Shown: positions 17,623-28,886 of the stretch, one piece after another
How the letters are laid out: every line of letters starts with the position of its first letter
Position numbering within the stretch: position 1 is the stretch's first letter
Assembly: GCA_020632555.1 (NCBI GenBank)
Contig: JACKFI010000001.1
Span: 1,750 to 65,749 of the forward strand
Direction of reading: 5' to 3'
Source: Candidatus Omnitrophota bacterium
GTDB lineage: Bacteria > Omnitrophota > Gorgyraeia > Zapsychrales > JANLHA01
Length of the DNA stretch: 64,000 nt
The notes under the pieces: generated by a model
The model's input: only the letters and a program-made list of their open reading frames with translations
Database searches by the model: none
What the model was told of the DNA's origin: nothing
Made by a program: the position numbers and the translations under genes

Positions 17623-18456
17623 TCAATTTCCCCTCTGCCTTAATGCTTCATAAGCGATCAGCGCGGCGGCCACCGACGTATTGAGCGAATCCGCTTTGCC
17701 CTTCATCGGGATAGAAATTCTTTCATCGGCCGCGTTTAACCAAAAATCACTCAAACCATCCTTTTCACTGCCAATCGCAATCGCGACACCACATCGCAAA
17801 TCTACAGTTGTAAAAACTTTTTGACCCGCCGGTGTTGCCGCGACAATTTTAATTTTGTGTCTTTTCAAAAAACTCAAAATATTCTCCGGCGTCTCAGGAA
17901 TAACCGCAACACTAAAAGCTGTTCCTAAACTTGCACGAATCACGTTGGGATTAAAAACATCCGTCGCCGCATCGCTAACCAGTAACGCTTCAATCCCGGC
18001 TGCATCAGCAGTACGCAAAATCGCACCCAAATTTCCCGGTTTTTCAACATGCTCAATCAACATCAACAAAGGATTTTTATTCACCTGCAAATCAACAAGC
18101 TTTTTAGTCTGAGGACAACCGACAGCCAAAACTCCCTCGACCCGATCGCCAAAACAAATCTTGGCAAAAACATCTTTAGAAACTTCAAACACAGCAATAT
18201 TCTTTGCCGTCAAGTTCTTTATAATATCCTGTTCAACATTGCCCTGCCCTTGATCTTGATACAAAGCCGGACAAACAAAGACTTCTTTGATCACCACGCC
18301 AGCATCCAGCGCGGCTTTTAGTTCACGAATGCCATCAATGATGGTCACCCCGGTTTTCATGCGTTCCCGCCGATCACGCAGTTTTACCAACTCCTTTATT
18401 TTGGGATTCGCGAAACTGGTAATCTTTGGGAATACTTGGAATTTGGTCTGCATCAT
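17623..18456 (-). CDS. TrmH/SpoU-family RNA 2'-O-methyltransferase
   Basis: SpoU motifs GNLGAILRTA, AIGSEKDGL and ADSLNTSVAAAL. Confidence 0.8.
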   Translation of the reverse strand: MMQTKFQVFPKITSFANPKIKELVKLRDRRERMKTGVTIIDGIRELKAALDAGVVIKEVFVCPALYQDQGQGNVEQDIIKNLTAKNIAVFEVSKDVFAKICFGDRVEGVLAVGCPQTKKLVDLQVNKNPLLMLIEHVEKPGNLGAILRTADAAGIEALLVSDAATDVFNPNVIRASLGTAFSVAVIPETPENILSFLKRHKIKIVAATPAGQKVFTTVDLRCGVAIAIGSEKDGLSDFWLNAADERISIPMKGKADSLNTSVAAALIAYEALRQRGN

Positions 18457-19269
18457 TTATCGCAATTGATTTTGGTCTAAAAACTGTTCCATCGCCGGCA
18501 AAAAGACATCTTTCGATTCCGAATACGCCTGCGCATGACTACCGGAAATTCGTAAAAACCTCTTGGGCTCAGGCGCCACTGCAAAAAGTTTCTGACCCAA
18601 ACGAAACGGGACTGTTTGGTCATCGAAGCTATGAATAAATAATTTGGGGACCTTAATTTCTTTAATCTTTTTGACATTATCCAACTGTGCTGTCAAAAGA
18701 AAAGACGGAACAAAAGGAACAATCGTCTGAGCCATATCCACAGCATTGGTCCAGGTCGAATCGGCAATCAAAGCGCTCACCATCCGTTGGGACACAAGGT
18801 CAATAGCCGCGACCCCACCCATCGATGCGCCATAAACAACAAATCGATCCTTAGCAATATCTTCACGGTTAACCAAATAATCATAGGCCGCCAAAGCATC
18901 CTGATACATTCCATTTTCGGTCGGACGCCCTTGGCTTTTTCCAAAACCGCGATAATCAAAAATAAAAACATTAACACCCAAATGATGAAAATCCCGAATC
19001 TTTTCGACACGATCACCGATATTGCCAGCATTGCCATGACAATACAAAATAGTCGCTGCTGTTTCTGGCGCCACCGCGCTTTTGATCAGCCATCCATTTA
19101 ATCGAACATGATCTTGGGTCACAAAATAAATATCTTCAAAATCAAGTCCTGCTTGGCTTGGAGTCAATGCAATATCGTGAGAAGGAACAAATAAACTCGA
19201 AGCCTCAAGAAAACGCACGTAAATAATAAAAACAACACATCCGCAAAAGATATAAATCAAAAACTTCAT
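18457..19269 (-). CDS. Alpha/beta hydrolase, membrane-anchored
   Basis: HGNAGN oxyanion-type motif and nucleophile elbow GASMGG, with an N-terminal TM segment. Confidence 0.75.
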   Translation of the reverse strand: MKFLIYIFCGCVVFIIYVRFLEASSLFVPSHDIALTPSQAGLDFEDIYFVTQDHVRLNGWLIKSAVAPETAATILYCHGNAGNIGDRVEKIRDFHHLGVNVFIFDYRGFGKSQGRPTENGMYQDALAAYDYLVNREDIAKDRFVVYGASMGGVAAIDLVSQRMVSALIADSTWTNAVDMAQTIVPFVPSFLLTAQLDNVKKIKEIKVPKLFIHSFDDQTVPFRLGQKLFAVAPEPKRFLRISGSHAQAYSESKDVFLPAMEQFLDQNQLR

Positions 19270-19278
19270 CCTTCTCCT

Positions 19279-19683
19279 TTAATCTTCACCGTGAGCTTTA
19301 TGCTGCGGAATCAACTTCGCCATCAAACGAATAGCATTAATCACATCCTCCATATTGCAAGGCTTGGTCAAATAATGATCCGCTTCCAGCAAAAAACCTT
19401 TCTGAATATCCTGCAACTCTTCTCGCGCGGAAACAATAATCACTGGCTGCCATTTCCTTGACGGCGGATTTTCGCGTAACCGTTTTAAAACTTCAAATCC
19501 TTCCAACTTGGGCATGGTCACATCCAATAAAATCACATCGGGATCATCCGCGACTATTTTGTCCCACGCGTCTTGCCCATCCACAGCCGTAATCACATCA
19601 TACCCGGCCGCGACAACCTTCTTAGCCATAATCGTCAGCACATCTGGTTCATCATCTGCCATCAACACTTTCAATTGAGTCAT
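19279..19683 (-). CDS. Single-domain response regulator (receiver only)
   Basis: ADDEPD acidic pocket, phospho-acceptor context LLDVTMP, and a conserved K (LTKP). Confidence 0.85.
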   Translation of the reverse strand: MTQLKVLMADDEPDVLTIMAKKVVAAGYDVITAVDGQDAWDKIVADDPDVILLDVTMPKLEGFEVLKRLRENPPSRKWQPVIIVSAREELQDIQKGFLLEADHYLTKPCNMEDVINAIRLMAKLIPQHKAHGED

Positions 19684-19694
19684 TTGGTTTTCCT

Positions 19695-20198
19695 TTATTT
19701 TCGCGCTGAAGAATAACTACCCAAATTATAATTGATTTGCACATTAGGCATCTCAATTTTATCAATCTGCACTTTTGCTACAGCAAAAAACTGTGTCGCC
19801 AGTGTGTCATGATAATCCGAAAACACAACAACTCGAACAACACCGGCGGTAATCAAAGATTTCGCACACGTTGTACACGGCATATTGGTCACATATGCTG
19901 TCGCCCCGTCCACAGCATGCCCACGTTTAGCCGCCTGCACCAAGGCGTTCATTTCCGCGTGCACCGTACGAACACAATGATTATCCACAATCAAACACCC
20001 AATATCTTCACAATGTTCATCTCCGGGAATTGAACCATTATAACCGGTTGAAATAACATTTTTATTTTTAACCAAAACACACCCGCAATGCATACGCGGA
20101 CACGTCGCGCGTTCAGAAGCCAGCATCGCGAGTTTTAAAAAATACTGGTCCCAGTCAGGACGTTGACTGACTTTAACAATTTTTGTTGATTTGACCAT
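19695..20198 (-). CDS. comEB: dCMP deaminase (ComEB-type)
   Basis: Zinc-deaminase motifs HAEMNA and PCTTCAK. Start at ATG 20198 behind AAGGGGAG; the track start 20228 is TTG. Confidence 0.85.
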   Translation of the reverse strand: MVKSTKIVKVSQRPDWDQYFLKLAMLASERATCPRMHCGCVLVKNKNVISTGYNGSIPGDEHCEDIGCLIVDNHCVRTVHAEMNALVQAAKRGHAVDGATAYVTNMPCTTCAKSLITAGVVRVVVFSDYHDTLATQFFAVAKVQIDKIEMPNVQINYNLGSYSSARK

Positions 20199-20224
20199 AG
20201 CCCTTTCTCCCCTTAAAAACTTTT

Positions 20225-21298
20225 TCAAACACTAAAACGAAAATACACCACATCCCCATCCTGCATCAAATAATCTTTCCCTTCCAATGAAACCAAACCT
20301 TTTTCCTGCACACTTTTATAAGAACCCAGTTCAATCAAATCCTTATACTTGTGAATCTCCGCCCGAATAAACCCGCGTTCAATATCACTATGAATTTTCC
20401 CCGCCGCTTTGACCGCCCGCGTTTCTTTTGGAATCAGCCACGCCCGAGTTTCCGTCGGGCCGGCTGTAAAAAAACAAATCTGATTTAATAGCCTTTGTCC
20501 GGCACGTGCCAAAGTGGCCAAGCCCGGAGACGTGATGCCCGCACTATCATAATAAGACGCCCGATCTTCCAACGGCAACTCAAGAATTTCCGCTTCAATC
20601 TTCGTGCACAAAACAACCACTTCCGCATTTTCCTTCTTAGCCCGTTCTTGCAAAGGCATCAAAAGTTCAGGACTAGCACCCCCCTCATCCGTATTCGCGA
20701 CATAAACAATCGGCTTGGACGTTAAAAACTGATACTCTGCCACCAGCTCCGCAGACAAACCTTGCGAACGGGCGGACTTGCCCTCATTAAAACCTTTCAT
20801 CGCCGCTTCCAATACCGCAACTTTCTCTTTTGCGACCTTATCTCCAGCTTGCGCCGGTTTCTTATATTTATCCAAAGCTTTCTGCGCTTGCTGTAAATCA
20901 GCCAATAAAAGTTCGGTTTCAATAATATCAGCAGCGTTCAAAGGATCCAAACTGCCCAAAACATTCACCACATTTTCATCTTTAAAGCAACGCACCACGT
21001 GACAAATCGCATCAACCGAACGGATATGAGAAAGAAACTTATTGCCCAAACCTTCTCCCTGGCTGGCTCCCTTGACAATACCGGCAATGTCCACGAAACG
21101 AATCCCCGCCGGAGAAACTTTAACACTTTCATTGATTTTCGCTAAAACATTTAAACGCTCATCCGGCAAAGGAACAATGCCAACGTTCGGTTCAATGGTG
21201 GTAAAAGGAAAATTTTCCGCAGCAACTCCCGCGCCAGTTAAAGCATTAAACAAAGTTGATTTGCCGACATTGGGCAACCCGACAATCCCTATTTCCAT
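20225..21298 (-). CDS. ychF: Ribosome-binding ATPase YchF
   Basis: MEIGIVGLPNVGKSTLFNALT P-loop start and a TGS-like C-terminus. Start at ATG 21298, because the upstream aminotransferase ends at 21327. Confidence 0.9.
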   Translation of the reverse strand: MEIGIVGLPNVGKSTLFNALTGAGVAAENFPFTTIEPNVGIVPLPDERLNVLAKINESVKVSPAGIRFVDIAGIVKGASQGEGLGNKFLSHIRSVDAICHVVRCFKDENVVNVLGSLDPLNAADIIETELLLADLQQAQKALDKYKKPAQAGDKVAKEKVAVLEAAMKGFNEGKSARSQGLSAELVAEYQFLTSKPIVYVANTDEGGASPELLMPLQERAKKENAEVVVLCTKIEAEILELPLEDRASYYDSAGITSPGLATLARAGQRLLNQICFFTAGPTETRAWLIPKETRAVKAAGKIHSDIERGFIRAEIHKYKDLIELGSYKSVQEKGLVSLEGKDYLMQDGDVVYFRFSV

Positions 21299-21326
21299 TG
21301 TAAACTCCCTCTGCCCTCTCTTAGAA

Positions 21327-22508
21327 TCAAGAAGAGGAATTAAATGATTTGACTCGCGCGATAATTCTTTTGACCCCTTCAATAAAAACGCTCTCGGGTG
21401 GCAAAAGACTTAAGATTAAAAATGACTCTTCACTAAAATTAAAGAAATAACCCGGATGCACATACACTTGATCGCGTAACAATAACCGCTCAGCTAGCGC
21501 TTCCTCATCAACCCCTCCCAACAACTTCACAATCATATACCATCCGCCATCAGCATGCAAAACTGTTCCAGCATCATAATTCGCAAAACTGTTAATCAGA
21601 TAATCTCGATTTACCGCAACACGTCTGATAATTTGTTCTTGAATCGCCGGCCGATAATTCATCCACGCAGCTAAAGCATTTTGTACCGGAGCATTCACAG
21701 AAAGATACGTGTCGGCAATAATTTCTAACCGCGCAATCGCGTCCGCAACAATGTCCGTCGGCCCATTAACCACAATCCATGATAATTTCATTTGCGGCAA
21801 AGCCAATGTTTTAGAAAGCCCCCCCAACGTAAAGGTCAAATTGTCTGTATTCGCCGCACACGACACAAAACGCTGAGAAGAATCAAAAGCATAATCAAAA
21901 AAGACTTCATCGCTGATCAAAGCCAACTGATTCTGCTGACACATTCGATTCAAATGCTTTAGTTCTTCCCTCGTGATATAAGAACCTGTCGGATTATTAG
22001 GATTAACGGCAACCACCGCCTTGGTTTGTACCGAAATATGGTTCTCTAACTCTCCTAAGTCAATCGCCCATTGCCCTTGATACACTAAAGAATAAAAACT
22101 GCTTTTCAAATCATTCAAATCCACCAAGAAATCAAACAAAGGATAACTGGGCGCGGGGAAAAGAATCTCTTCCTGCGGATTCGCTAATAATCGAAAAAGA
22201 AAAGAATACGCTTCGGATGTACTGGCCGTTAAAAAAATCTGTTGTGGTGAAATTGCAATATTCTGGCTTTGATAATACGCCGCCACCGCTTGACGCGCCG
22301 ACAAAAGTCCTTGTGACGATGGAACATACCGCATACTAGCGGGCATAGACAGAAGCGCCAAAAGCTCATCCTGCGGATACACAAATCCACAACACGTCGG
22401 GTTTGACTGTGTCAAATCCAGAATCTTTTGTCCGCTGCTTTTATAACCTTCAAGAATACCCGCCACGCGATTTGGCGTCAATTCCCAATTCGTTCGTTTT
22501 GCAAACAT
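21327..22508 (-). CDS. Class I/II PLP-dependent aminotransferase
   Basis: 393 aa with NPNNPTG and a GGLSKT...P..K PLP-lysine region. Confidence 0.8.
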   Translation of the reverse strand: MFAKRTNWELTPNRVAGILEGYKSSGQKILDLTQSNPTCCGFVYPQDELLALLSMPASMRYVPSSQGLLSARQAVAAYYQSQNIAISPQQIFLTASTSEAYSFLFRLLANPQEEILFPAPSYPLFDFLVDLNDLKSSFYSLVYQGQWAIDLGELENHISVQTKAVVAVNPNNPTGSYITREELKHLNRMCQQNQLALISDEVFFDYAFDSSQRFVSCAANTDNLTFTLGGLSKTLALPQMKLSWIVVNGPTDIVADAIARLEIIADTYLSVNAPVQNALAAWMNYRPAIQEQIIRRVAVNRDYLINSFANYDAGTVLHADGGWYMIVKLLGGVDEEALAERLLLRDQVYVHPGYFFNFSEESFLILSLLPPESVFIEGVKRIIARVKSFNSSS

Positions 22509-22647
22509 AAAATCCCAATCCTATGAATTCACTATTGAATCTTCGAATCCCGACCTAGCACTTTTACAAAAACGGGTCATTATAACGGGTTTTGCTCAGA
22601 CAGACAAATGATATTTCCCCAACGGGCGGGCGTATTGCAATACGTCC

Positions 22648-23349
22648 CTACGATACTTCTTTTTTCAATTGTTCCTTCAGGCGGGCTAGCTCTTTTTCAG
22701 TCTGACGAAAAGTTACTTCTAGTTTTTCAAAATCCTCTTTTGGTATCCAACTTTGCGCGTCTTTTTTCTCAGCCAGCCGCACATTATCCCACTTTAATTC
22801 TTTGACTTCTTTACGCAAACGTTCATTCTCCGCGTTTGCCTTTGCAATTTCTAATTCCAAATCACGACGCTGCATATTGATCGTATCCTGTTCACTTTTT
22901 GATTCTCTCAGCTGCCGCTCCAACCGCAAACGGTCCGAGTGCATAACGCTCAAATCATGCTCTAAACGCCGAGCCTCATTCTTGAGGGCAAGAATTTCTT
23001 GAGTTCTTTTTTCTAACCCCTGCTCTTCTTTCTTCTGCCAATCACGCTCTTGCGCCAATTTTTCCTGCAATTTAACATACTTTTCTTTATACACTGTTAA
23101 ATCCCGGTCCAAAAGACTTGTTTTCTTCTGATACTCTTGAATCTCTTTGCGCAAAGCCTGAATATGGCGTTCCAACTTCAAACTCACTGCTTGCCAATCC
23201 TTCTCTGGGGCACTGGAAACTTTATCCTTAGCGTCTCGCGGCAAACGATGCCGCTTAACTTTATCGGTAGGAACCAGCAATAACAGCCCAATAATACCGG
23301 CAATAATAACCACTGCCCCCGCGGCCATAACTTGAAAAGAAATTTCCAT
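22648..23349 (-). CDS. Membrane-anchored coiled-coil protein, function unknown
   Basis: One N-terminal TM helix, then about 190 aa of E/K/R/L-rich heptad-like sequence. Confidence 0.5.
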   Translation of the reverse strand: MEISFQVMAAGAVVIIAGIIGLLLLVPTDKVKRHRLPRDAKDKVSSAPEKDWQAVSLKLERHIQALRKEIQEYQKKTSLLDRDLTVYKEKYVKLQEKLAQERDWQKKEEQGLEKRTQEILALKNEARRLEHDLSVMHSDRLRLERQLRESKSEQDTINMQRRDLELEIAKANAENERLRKEVKELKWDNVRLAEKKDAQSWIPKEDFEKLEVTFRQTEKELARLKEQLKKEVS

Positions 23350-23350
23350 C

Positions 23351-25141
23351 CTAATCGCCTATACCTTTTTTCAAAGCTTTTTGTTTTAACAATTGGTTGA
23401 GATTTTCTTTCGCCGCGCCAAAACTTCCATCAACCTCCAAAGCACGACGAAAATATTCTTCAGCCTTATCTGTCTGACCAACACGAATATAACACACCCC
23501 TAAATTGGTCAAAACAGCAACATTTTGCATATCTTGCTTTAAAGCCCGCTCAAAACACATCATGGCCGTATCCCATTGCTCAAGACGAATGGCAATCATA
23601 CCCAAACTATTTTCAACATCGCTGTTCTGTGAAGACAAAATCAAAACCTTGTTATATTGATCTTGCGCGCCTACCCAATCACCAACCGCGGCATAAGAAG
23701 CTGCCAAACCCAATAAACTGTCGCGCAAAAATCCTTGATAAAACGGCCGGACTCTTTGATCACGAATCTTTCCTAAATAACCCGCCATAATGTCGCGGGC
23801 GTGTTGATACTCTCGCCGCGCCTGTTGATAATCTCCTTGAACATAATACGCTTGCGCTAACAACAAACGCAATCGTCCCATCGCCGGTTGATACTGAACT
23901 GCTTTTTCAAACAAAGGAACTTCTCCAGCCCACATTTTTGTTTGCGCTTGCGTCAAAACAACACAACCCAAAATGCCAACAACAATAAAGGCTTTTTTAA
24001 TGCTCCGGCTATACCGCCCAAACCATTGGTCAGCGAAATAATCCAAGGCCGTCAAAACACTCCACGCCAATCCCAGCAGTGGCAAATACAAAAAATGTTC
24101 AAACGTGGCTATCCAGGAATATTCATGAATCAAGGGAACCAAGCTAGTGGTCGGCAATAATGTTACGGCAAACCACGCCCAGCCAAAAGCAAAAAACGGT
24201 TGCCGATCACGAGGCAAAATTCGCCAAATCAAAACACAAGCAATTACAAAGAAAACAAAACTCAACGCCGGCCCTATCCAGGGAGCAAGAATATCGTAGC
24301 TGCGATAATAATGCAAATCCAATGGCACAAAAACCGTCTGCAAATGATTCATGACAATGGCCGGAAAAGCTTTAAGCCGCAAATAAAATTCACCCCAATT
24401 TTCAACAAAAGATGCGGCAAATCCACCAATCAAGACTTTACGCCATAAAAAATACCCTCCGGCAACAATCAAAAATCCTGCCAAACGCAGCCGCCAACCC
24501 GCATTGCCTCGCACCAGTACTCGCGGAAAACAAAATTCATAAAACATGAACAGCACTGGTAAAATCACCGCCTGCTCTTTGCACAATAAAGCCAACCCAA
24601 AAAGAAAAAGTGAGGCGCTGTAAATGCCTGCCATTTTTATCAAATTTAATTCATGCCTGCGGTCTGAAGCTCTAAGATAAAGCAAGAATGCCGCTAATAG
24701 AAAGAACGCAAATAACACGTTTGATATCCCGGAAATACAAGCGACCGCCTCAGACTGAATCGGATGAATTAAAAACAGCATTGCGGCACACCAGGACAAA
24801 CCCCGGCGCTGTGTTAACCGCAAAGTTAAAACAAATATTAATACAGCATTAAAGATATGCAGAATGATATTAACAATATGGTATCCCGCTGGTTGAGTGC
24901 CAAACATCCAATATTCCAAACGATACACCACATCTAAAAGAGGGCGATAATACGCATTGGCCAGTACAGCAGATTTGGGAGCAAAAGCACTTTGCGTAAA
25001 AACATCAGTGATCTGATCCAAACTATGAACCTGCGGATTTTGAACGATAAAAACAACATCGTCATGCACAAAAGGATTAAAGACAGCATTGCAGTAACAT
25101 AAAGTTCCGATTATAAAAAACGTTAAAAGGGCTTGTTTCAT
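23351..25141 (-). CDS. Polytopic GT-C-like (PMT/TMTC-like) membrane protein with C-terminal TPR repeats
   Basis: First-loop motif FVHDDVVFIVQNP, about 10 hydrophobic segments, then TPR repeats (AQAYYVQGDYQQARREYQHA...). Confidence 0.65.
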   Translation of the reverse strand: MKQALLTFFIIGTLCYCNAVFNPFVHDDVVFIVQNPQVHSLDQITDVFTQSAFAPKSAVLANAYYRPLLDVVYRLEYWMFGTQPAGYHIVNIILHIFNAVLIFVLTLRLTQRRGLSWCAAMLFLIHPIQSEAVACISGISNVLFAFFLLAAFLLYLRASDRRHELNLIKMAGIYSASLFLFGLALLCKEQAVILPVLFMFYEFCFPRVLVRGNAGWRLRLAGFLIVAGGYFLWRKVLIGGFAASFVENWGEFYLRLKAFPAIVMNHLQTVFVPLDLHYYRSYDILAPWIGPALSFVFFVIACVLIWRILPRDRQPFFAFGWAWFAVTLLPTTSLVPLIHEYSWIATFEHFLYLPLLGLAWSVLTALDYFADQWFGRYSRSIKKAFIVVGILGCVVLTQAQTKMWAGEVPLFEKAVQYQPAMGRLRLLLAQAYYVQGDYQQARREYQHARDIMAGYLGKIRDQRVRPFYQGFLRDSLLGLAASYAAVGDWVGAQDQYNKVLILSSQNSDVENSLGMIAIRLEQWDTAMMCFERALKQDMQNVAVLTNLGVCYIRVGQTDKAEEYFRRALEVDGSFGAAKENLNQLLKQKALKKGIGD

Positions 25142-25146
25142 ACCAT

Positions 25147-26151
25147 TTACTGCTTCCAGTCAACCTTTTTAAGAATACGAGCAAAATCGACATTGGTCGT
25201 TTCGTGAATCCGGAAGTTTTCCTTTTTATTTTCTAAGGTAATCGTGACACCCGCCAAATTCGGATTAAGATTAAGAATACGTATTTGCGCGGAATCAAAA
25301 TCCAACTTGCCCCGATTATCAACCATCGCCATAACTTTAGCGCGGTTCTCCTCATCTGTCATATAGCTGCTGATCTTTTTGGCCAAAGCCGTCGACATGC
25401 TCCCTTCTTTGGGCATTTCAGCCATGATCGCAAAAACTTGAATCAAACCATCCAACCGCGTTAAGCGCAACGTGCCATTAACATCACCCTGCAATTGCGA
25501 AAAAAGAGCTCTATTCACATCCACCAACTCTAAACTTTTGAAATCCTTAAACTCAATCCGAACCACTTCCGAAGTTTTTTTGCCGAAAGTCACATCCACA
25601 TTGCCCTTGACCCATCCTCCGTAAGCCTGCCCTTGAAATTCTGGAATTTTAAATCCTTCTCGACTAGCTTGAATCTTCGTCTGAACACGCGTCACACGAT
25701 ACGGAGGAATCATCACTTCCCCATTGCTCACAACAATGTCACAATGATTAAACCCTTTCGTATTCAAATTAACTGTCAAACTCAAGGCCGCACCGACAAC
25801 TTTAAAATTCTTTCGGTCAATATTTAACCCGACAAATTCAAGAAGGGCTTGGTCTTGCAACCGGATAAAAGTTTGAAAATTCAAAAAATCAAATTCTGCA
25901 ATTTCAATATGATATATTTCATCTTGCCATTCCACTTCAGCTTGAACATTATAAAGCTTTAATACTTCTGGATAAGATAGCGACTGACCACCAATGTGCA
26001 ATGATCGCAAAGTGACTTCAGGAATATGCTTTTCAATAAATGCAGGCGCAGCCCGCTGTATTAATACCGGGGTATAACAGATATAGTAAAAAACCCCCGC
26101 CAACAAAGCAATCAGTGCTACTGTTAATCGAAAGATATATTGCAAATTCAT
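25147..26151 (-). CDS. Membrane-anchored hypothetical protein
   Basis: One N-terminal TM segment and no motif I recognise. Tightly packed between the Hpt and GT-C/TPR genes. Confidence 0.45.
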   Translation of the reverse strand: MNLQYIFRLTVALIALLAGVFYYICYTPVLIQRAAPAFIEKHIPEVTLRSLHIGGQSLSYPEVLKLYNVQAEVEWQDEIYHIEIAEFDFLNFQTFIRLQDQALLEFVGLNIDRKNFKVVGAALSLTVNLNTKGFNHCDIVVSNGEVMIPPYRVTRVQTKIQASREGFKIPEFQGQAYGGWVKGNVDVTFGKKTSEVVRIEFKDFKSLELVDVNRALFSQLQGDVNGTLRLTRLDGLIQVFAIMAEMPKEGSMSTALAKKISSYMTDEENRAKVMAMVDNRGKLDFDSAQIRILNLNPNLAGVTITLENKKENFRIHETTNVDFARILKKVDWKQ

Positions 26152-26167
26152 ACGACCGCTCTATCCT

Positions 26168-26521
26168 TTAACCCCCAAACTCTTTTTTAATTTGCTCAAC
26201 ACGAACCTGCAAATCCCTAAAATGCCCATCCAAGACCGGGATCGCCGCCTCGACAGCAGCAATATCTTGCTTAAGACAAAGCTGTTCGACCTTAGCACAT
26301 AACCCGTGTACCATTTTCGCGGAAATATTGCCAGCTGCACCCTTAATCGAGTGAATCACATCTTTAATCACTTCAAAATTCTTATCCTTCACCGCAGATT
26401 TCAATATTTGTACTTTTTGAGTGTAATCATTTGCAAATATTTCAAAAAGTTCTAACAACAGTTCTTTATCATCCTGAACCCGTTCCATCACTTCATTTAA
26501 ATCAACAACGTGATCACTCAT
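26168..26521 (-). CDS. Hpt histidine phosphotransfer protein
   Basis: HSIKGAAGNISA phospho-histidine motif. 117 aa. Confidence 0.75.
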   Translation of the reverse strand: MSDHVVDLNEVMERVQDDKELLLELFEIFANDYTQKVQILKSAVKDKNFEVIKDVIHSIKGAAGNISAKMVHGLCAKVEQLCLKQDIAAVEAAIPVLDGHFRDLQVRVEQIKKEFGG

Positions 26522-26542
26522 ATGATTCCTTTGGTTTAAAAA

Positions 26543-28840
26543 CTATTTAACAACACTTTCTACAGCTTCATACAATTTCTGCCGGTCAATCGGCTTAGAA
26601 ACATAACCGTCCATGCCAGCATCCAAACATTTTTGCCGGTCACCCGCCATTGCATGGGCGGTTAATGCAACAATCGGAATATGTTTGCCGGTTTTTTTCT
26701 CCGCTTCACGAATCAAGCGCGTCGCCTCAAATCCATCGAGAACCGGCATTTGCGCGTCCATTAAAATCACATCAAATGGTTCCTGTTCAAGATACTCCAA
26801 AACTTGTTTGCCGTTTTCAGCCCCCTTAACCGTCCACCCTTTTTTCTCGATCATTTTAGCGGCAATCTTTTGATTCACGACATTGTCCTCAGCCAAAAGC
26901 ACCCGCAGAACCCTAATCTCCTTAACCACGGCAACCACCTCTTCGCTGGCTATTACGACGGGTTGAGCTGCTTTTTCTCCAATACGAAACTTCGCGGTAA
27001 AAATAAACACACTGCCTTGAAACTCTTCACTTTCCGCCCATATTCGGCCATTCATCATTTCGACCAATCGCTTTGAAATCGCCAAACCTAAACCAGTGCC
27101 GCCAAAACGACGCGTGGTCGAAGCATCCGCCTGCGTAAAAACTTCAAAAATAGTTTCCAACTTATCCTTAGGAATCCCGACTCCCTGATCTTTTACGGCA
27201 AACTGTAATTCACAAATCCCGTCAGCACAGCTGATCATCTTCACACTGGTTGTCACATTGCCTTGAAACGTAAACTTAATCGCATTATTAATCAAATTCA
27301 CCAAAATCTGACGAATACGAACCGGATCACCAATCAAAGCGGCAGGAATATTTTCATCAATCTCCCGAACCAGTTCAATTTTTTTATGCCGGGACAAAAC
27401 TTCCAACCCCTTGCACACACTTTGAACAATATTCGCGATATTCAGTTCAATATTCTCAAGTTGAATTTTGCCCGCCTCAACACGAGAAAGATCAAGAATA
27501 TCATTGAGCAAACTCAAAAGAATATCACCGGCATTTTTAATCGTGTTGAGATTATCCCGTTGTTCCGGCGACAACTGTGTGTCCAACGTCAAATCCACCA
27601 AGCCCAAAATCGTGTTCATTGGAGTACGAACTTCATGCGACATATTGGCCAAAAACAAACTTTTAGAATTATTCGCCTCTTCCGCCGCCACCTTAGCCTT
27701 AATCAACATTTGTTGCACACGCTTTTGTTCGGTAATATCTTGCATAATCCCTACCGAACCGACAATACTGCCGTTAGAGTCTTTTAACATATTTACTGAA
27801 AGATCCACATCAATCAAAGTCCCATCTTTCTTTACCGCGAAAGTTTCAAAATGATGTCGAGACCCAACTTTACGAATATCCGCGGCCCGAATCTTTTCCC
27901 ATTCCGACGGCGGATATAAAATGCTAATCGGCTGCATGTATAAATCTTCTTTGGTCTTGTCCAGCATTTGTTCCGTAAAACGATTCCACGAAATAATACG
28001 TTCTTGTTCATCCGTTAACGTAATGGCCGCCGCGGAATGATCCAGAATAATCCGAATCTTAGCTTCTGACTCACGGATCTTTCGCTCAGCAATCTTCTGT
28101 CGAGTCATATCACGTAAAATGATAATAGAACCAATCGTGTTTTGTTCACTATCCTTGATAAAAGACAAAGAAAGCCCAACATCCAGAACACTGCCATCTT
28201 TTTTATAAACCTGAGTTTCTATTTCCGCTGCCGGCTTATTATCCTTGGCGCGAGCAGCAACAACCCTTTGCCACTCCTGAGCTGGATAAAGGTCACTGAC
28301 CGATTTATTAAAAAGATCAATTTTCTCCATTCCCAGTATTTCTTGAACAAAAGGATTCCATGCCGTAACCCGATCTTGTTGATCCGCCACCAAAATCGCA
28401 ACCGCAGAATTATTAAAAACCGTCTGAAAAATCTCTTTGGAATCTTTCAAATCCTTATCAACACGATTAACTCCAGAAATATCTTCCAATATGCCGTCCA
28501 AAAAAACTGTTTTATCTTTACCGGCTGCAACAGCCACAAAAAACAATCGACAAAGCAGAACTCGCTGGGTCTTCGTCAAAATCTCAACGCGATCATTTTG
28601 AGAAAAACTCTGTTTAACAGCCATCGCTTCCAAAGTTTGATAAAGTTTTTGATCAGCGAATATATCTTTAACGGACAAAGACATTAACTCCGGGCGGGAA
28701 TACGACAATACCTGACACAAACAGTCATTTACCAAAACAAACGGTCGGTTCGAATCAAGCTTAATCCGAAAAACACCCACCGGCATAACATTGATCAAAG
28801 CCTGGGAATCAGGCCACACTGTTAAATTAGGTTCACTCAT
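26543..28840 (-). CDS. Hybrid sensor histidine kinase (PAS x3, HisKA, HATPase_c, receiver)
   Basis: H-box [11 protein letters not shown] boxes ([23 protein letters not shown]) and a C-terminal receiver (ILMDAQMP...K). Start at ATG 28840, after the upstream small ORF ends. Confidence 0.9.
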   Translation of the reverse strand: MSEPNLTVWPDSQALINVMPVGVFRIKLDSNRPFVLVNDCLCQVLSYSRPELMSLSVKDIFADQKLYQTLEAMAVKQSFSQNDRVEILTKTQRVLLCRLFFVAVAAGKDKTVFLDGILEDISGVNRVDKDLKDSKEIFQTVFNNSAVAILVADQQDRVTAWNPFVQEILGMEKIDLFNKSVSDLYPAQEWQRVVAARAKDNKPAAEIETQVYKKDGSVLDVGLSLSFIKDSEQNTIGSIIILRDMTRQKIAERKIRESEAKIRIILDHSAAAITLTDEQERIISWNRFTEQMLDKTKEDLYMQPISILYPPSEWEKIRAADIRKVGSRHHFETFAVKKDGTLIDVDLSVNMLKDSNGSIVGSVGIMQDITEQKRVQQMLIKAKVAAEEANNSKSLFLANMSHEVRTPMNTILGLVDLTLDTQLSPEQRDNLNTIKNAGDILLSLLNDILDLSRVEAGKIQLENIELNIANIVQSVCKGLEVLSRHKKIELVREIDENIPAALIGDPVRIRQILVNLINNAIKFTFQGNVTTSVKMISCADGICELQFAVKDQGVGIPKDKLETIFEVFTQADASTTRRFGGTGLGLAISKRLVEMMNGRIWAESEEFQGSVFIFTAKFRIGEKAAQPVVIASEEVVAVVKEIRVLRVLLAEDNVVNQKIAAKMIEKKGWTVKGAENGKQVLEYLEQEPFDVILMDAQMPVLDGFEATRLIREAEKKTGKHIPIVALTAHAMAGDRQKCLDAGMDGYVSKPIDRQKLYEAVESVVK

Positions 28841-28886
28841 ACTTATAGTGCCGAAAAACGGTGCCCCTTCCCAAAATTTAAACAGA

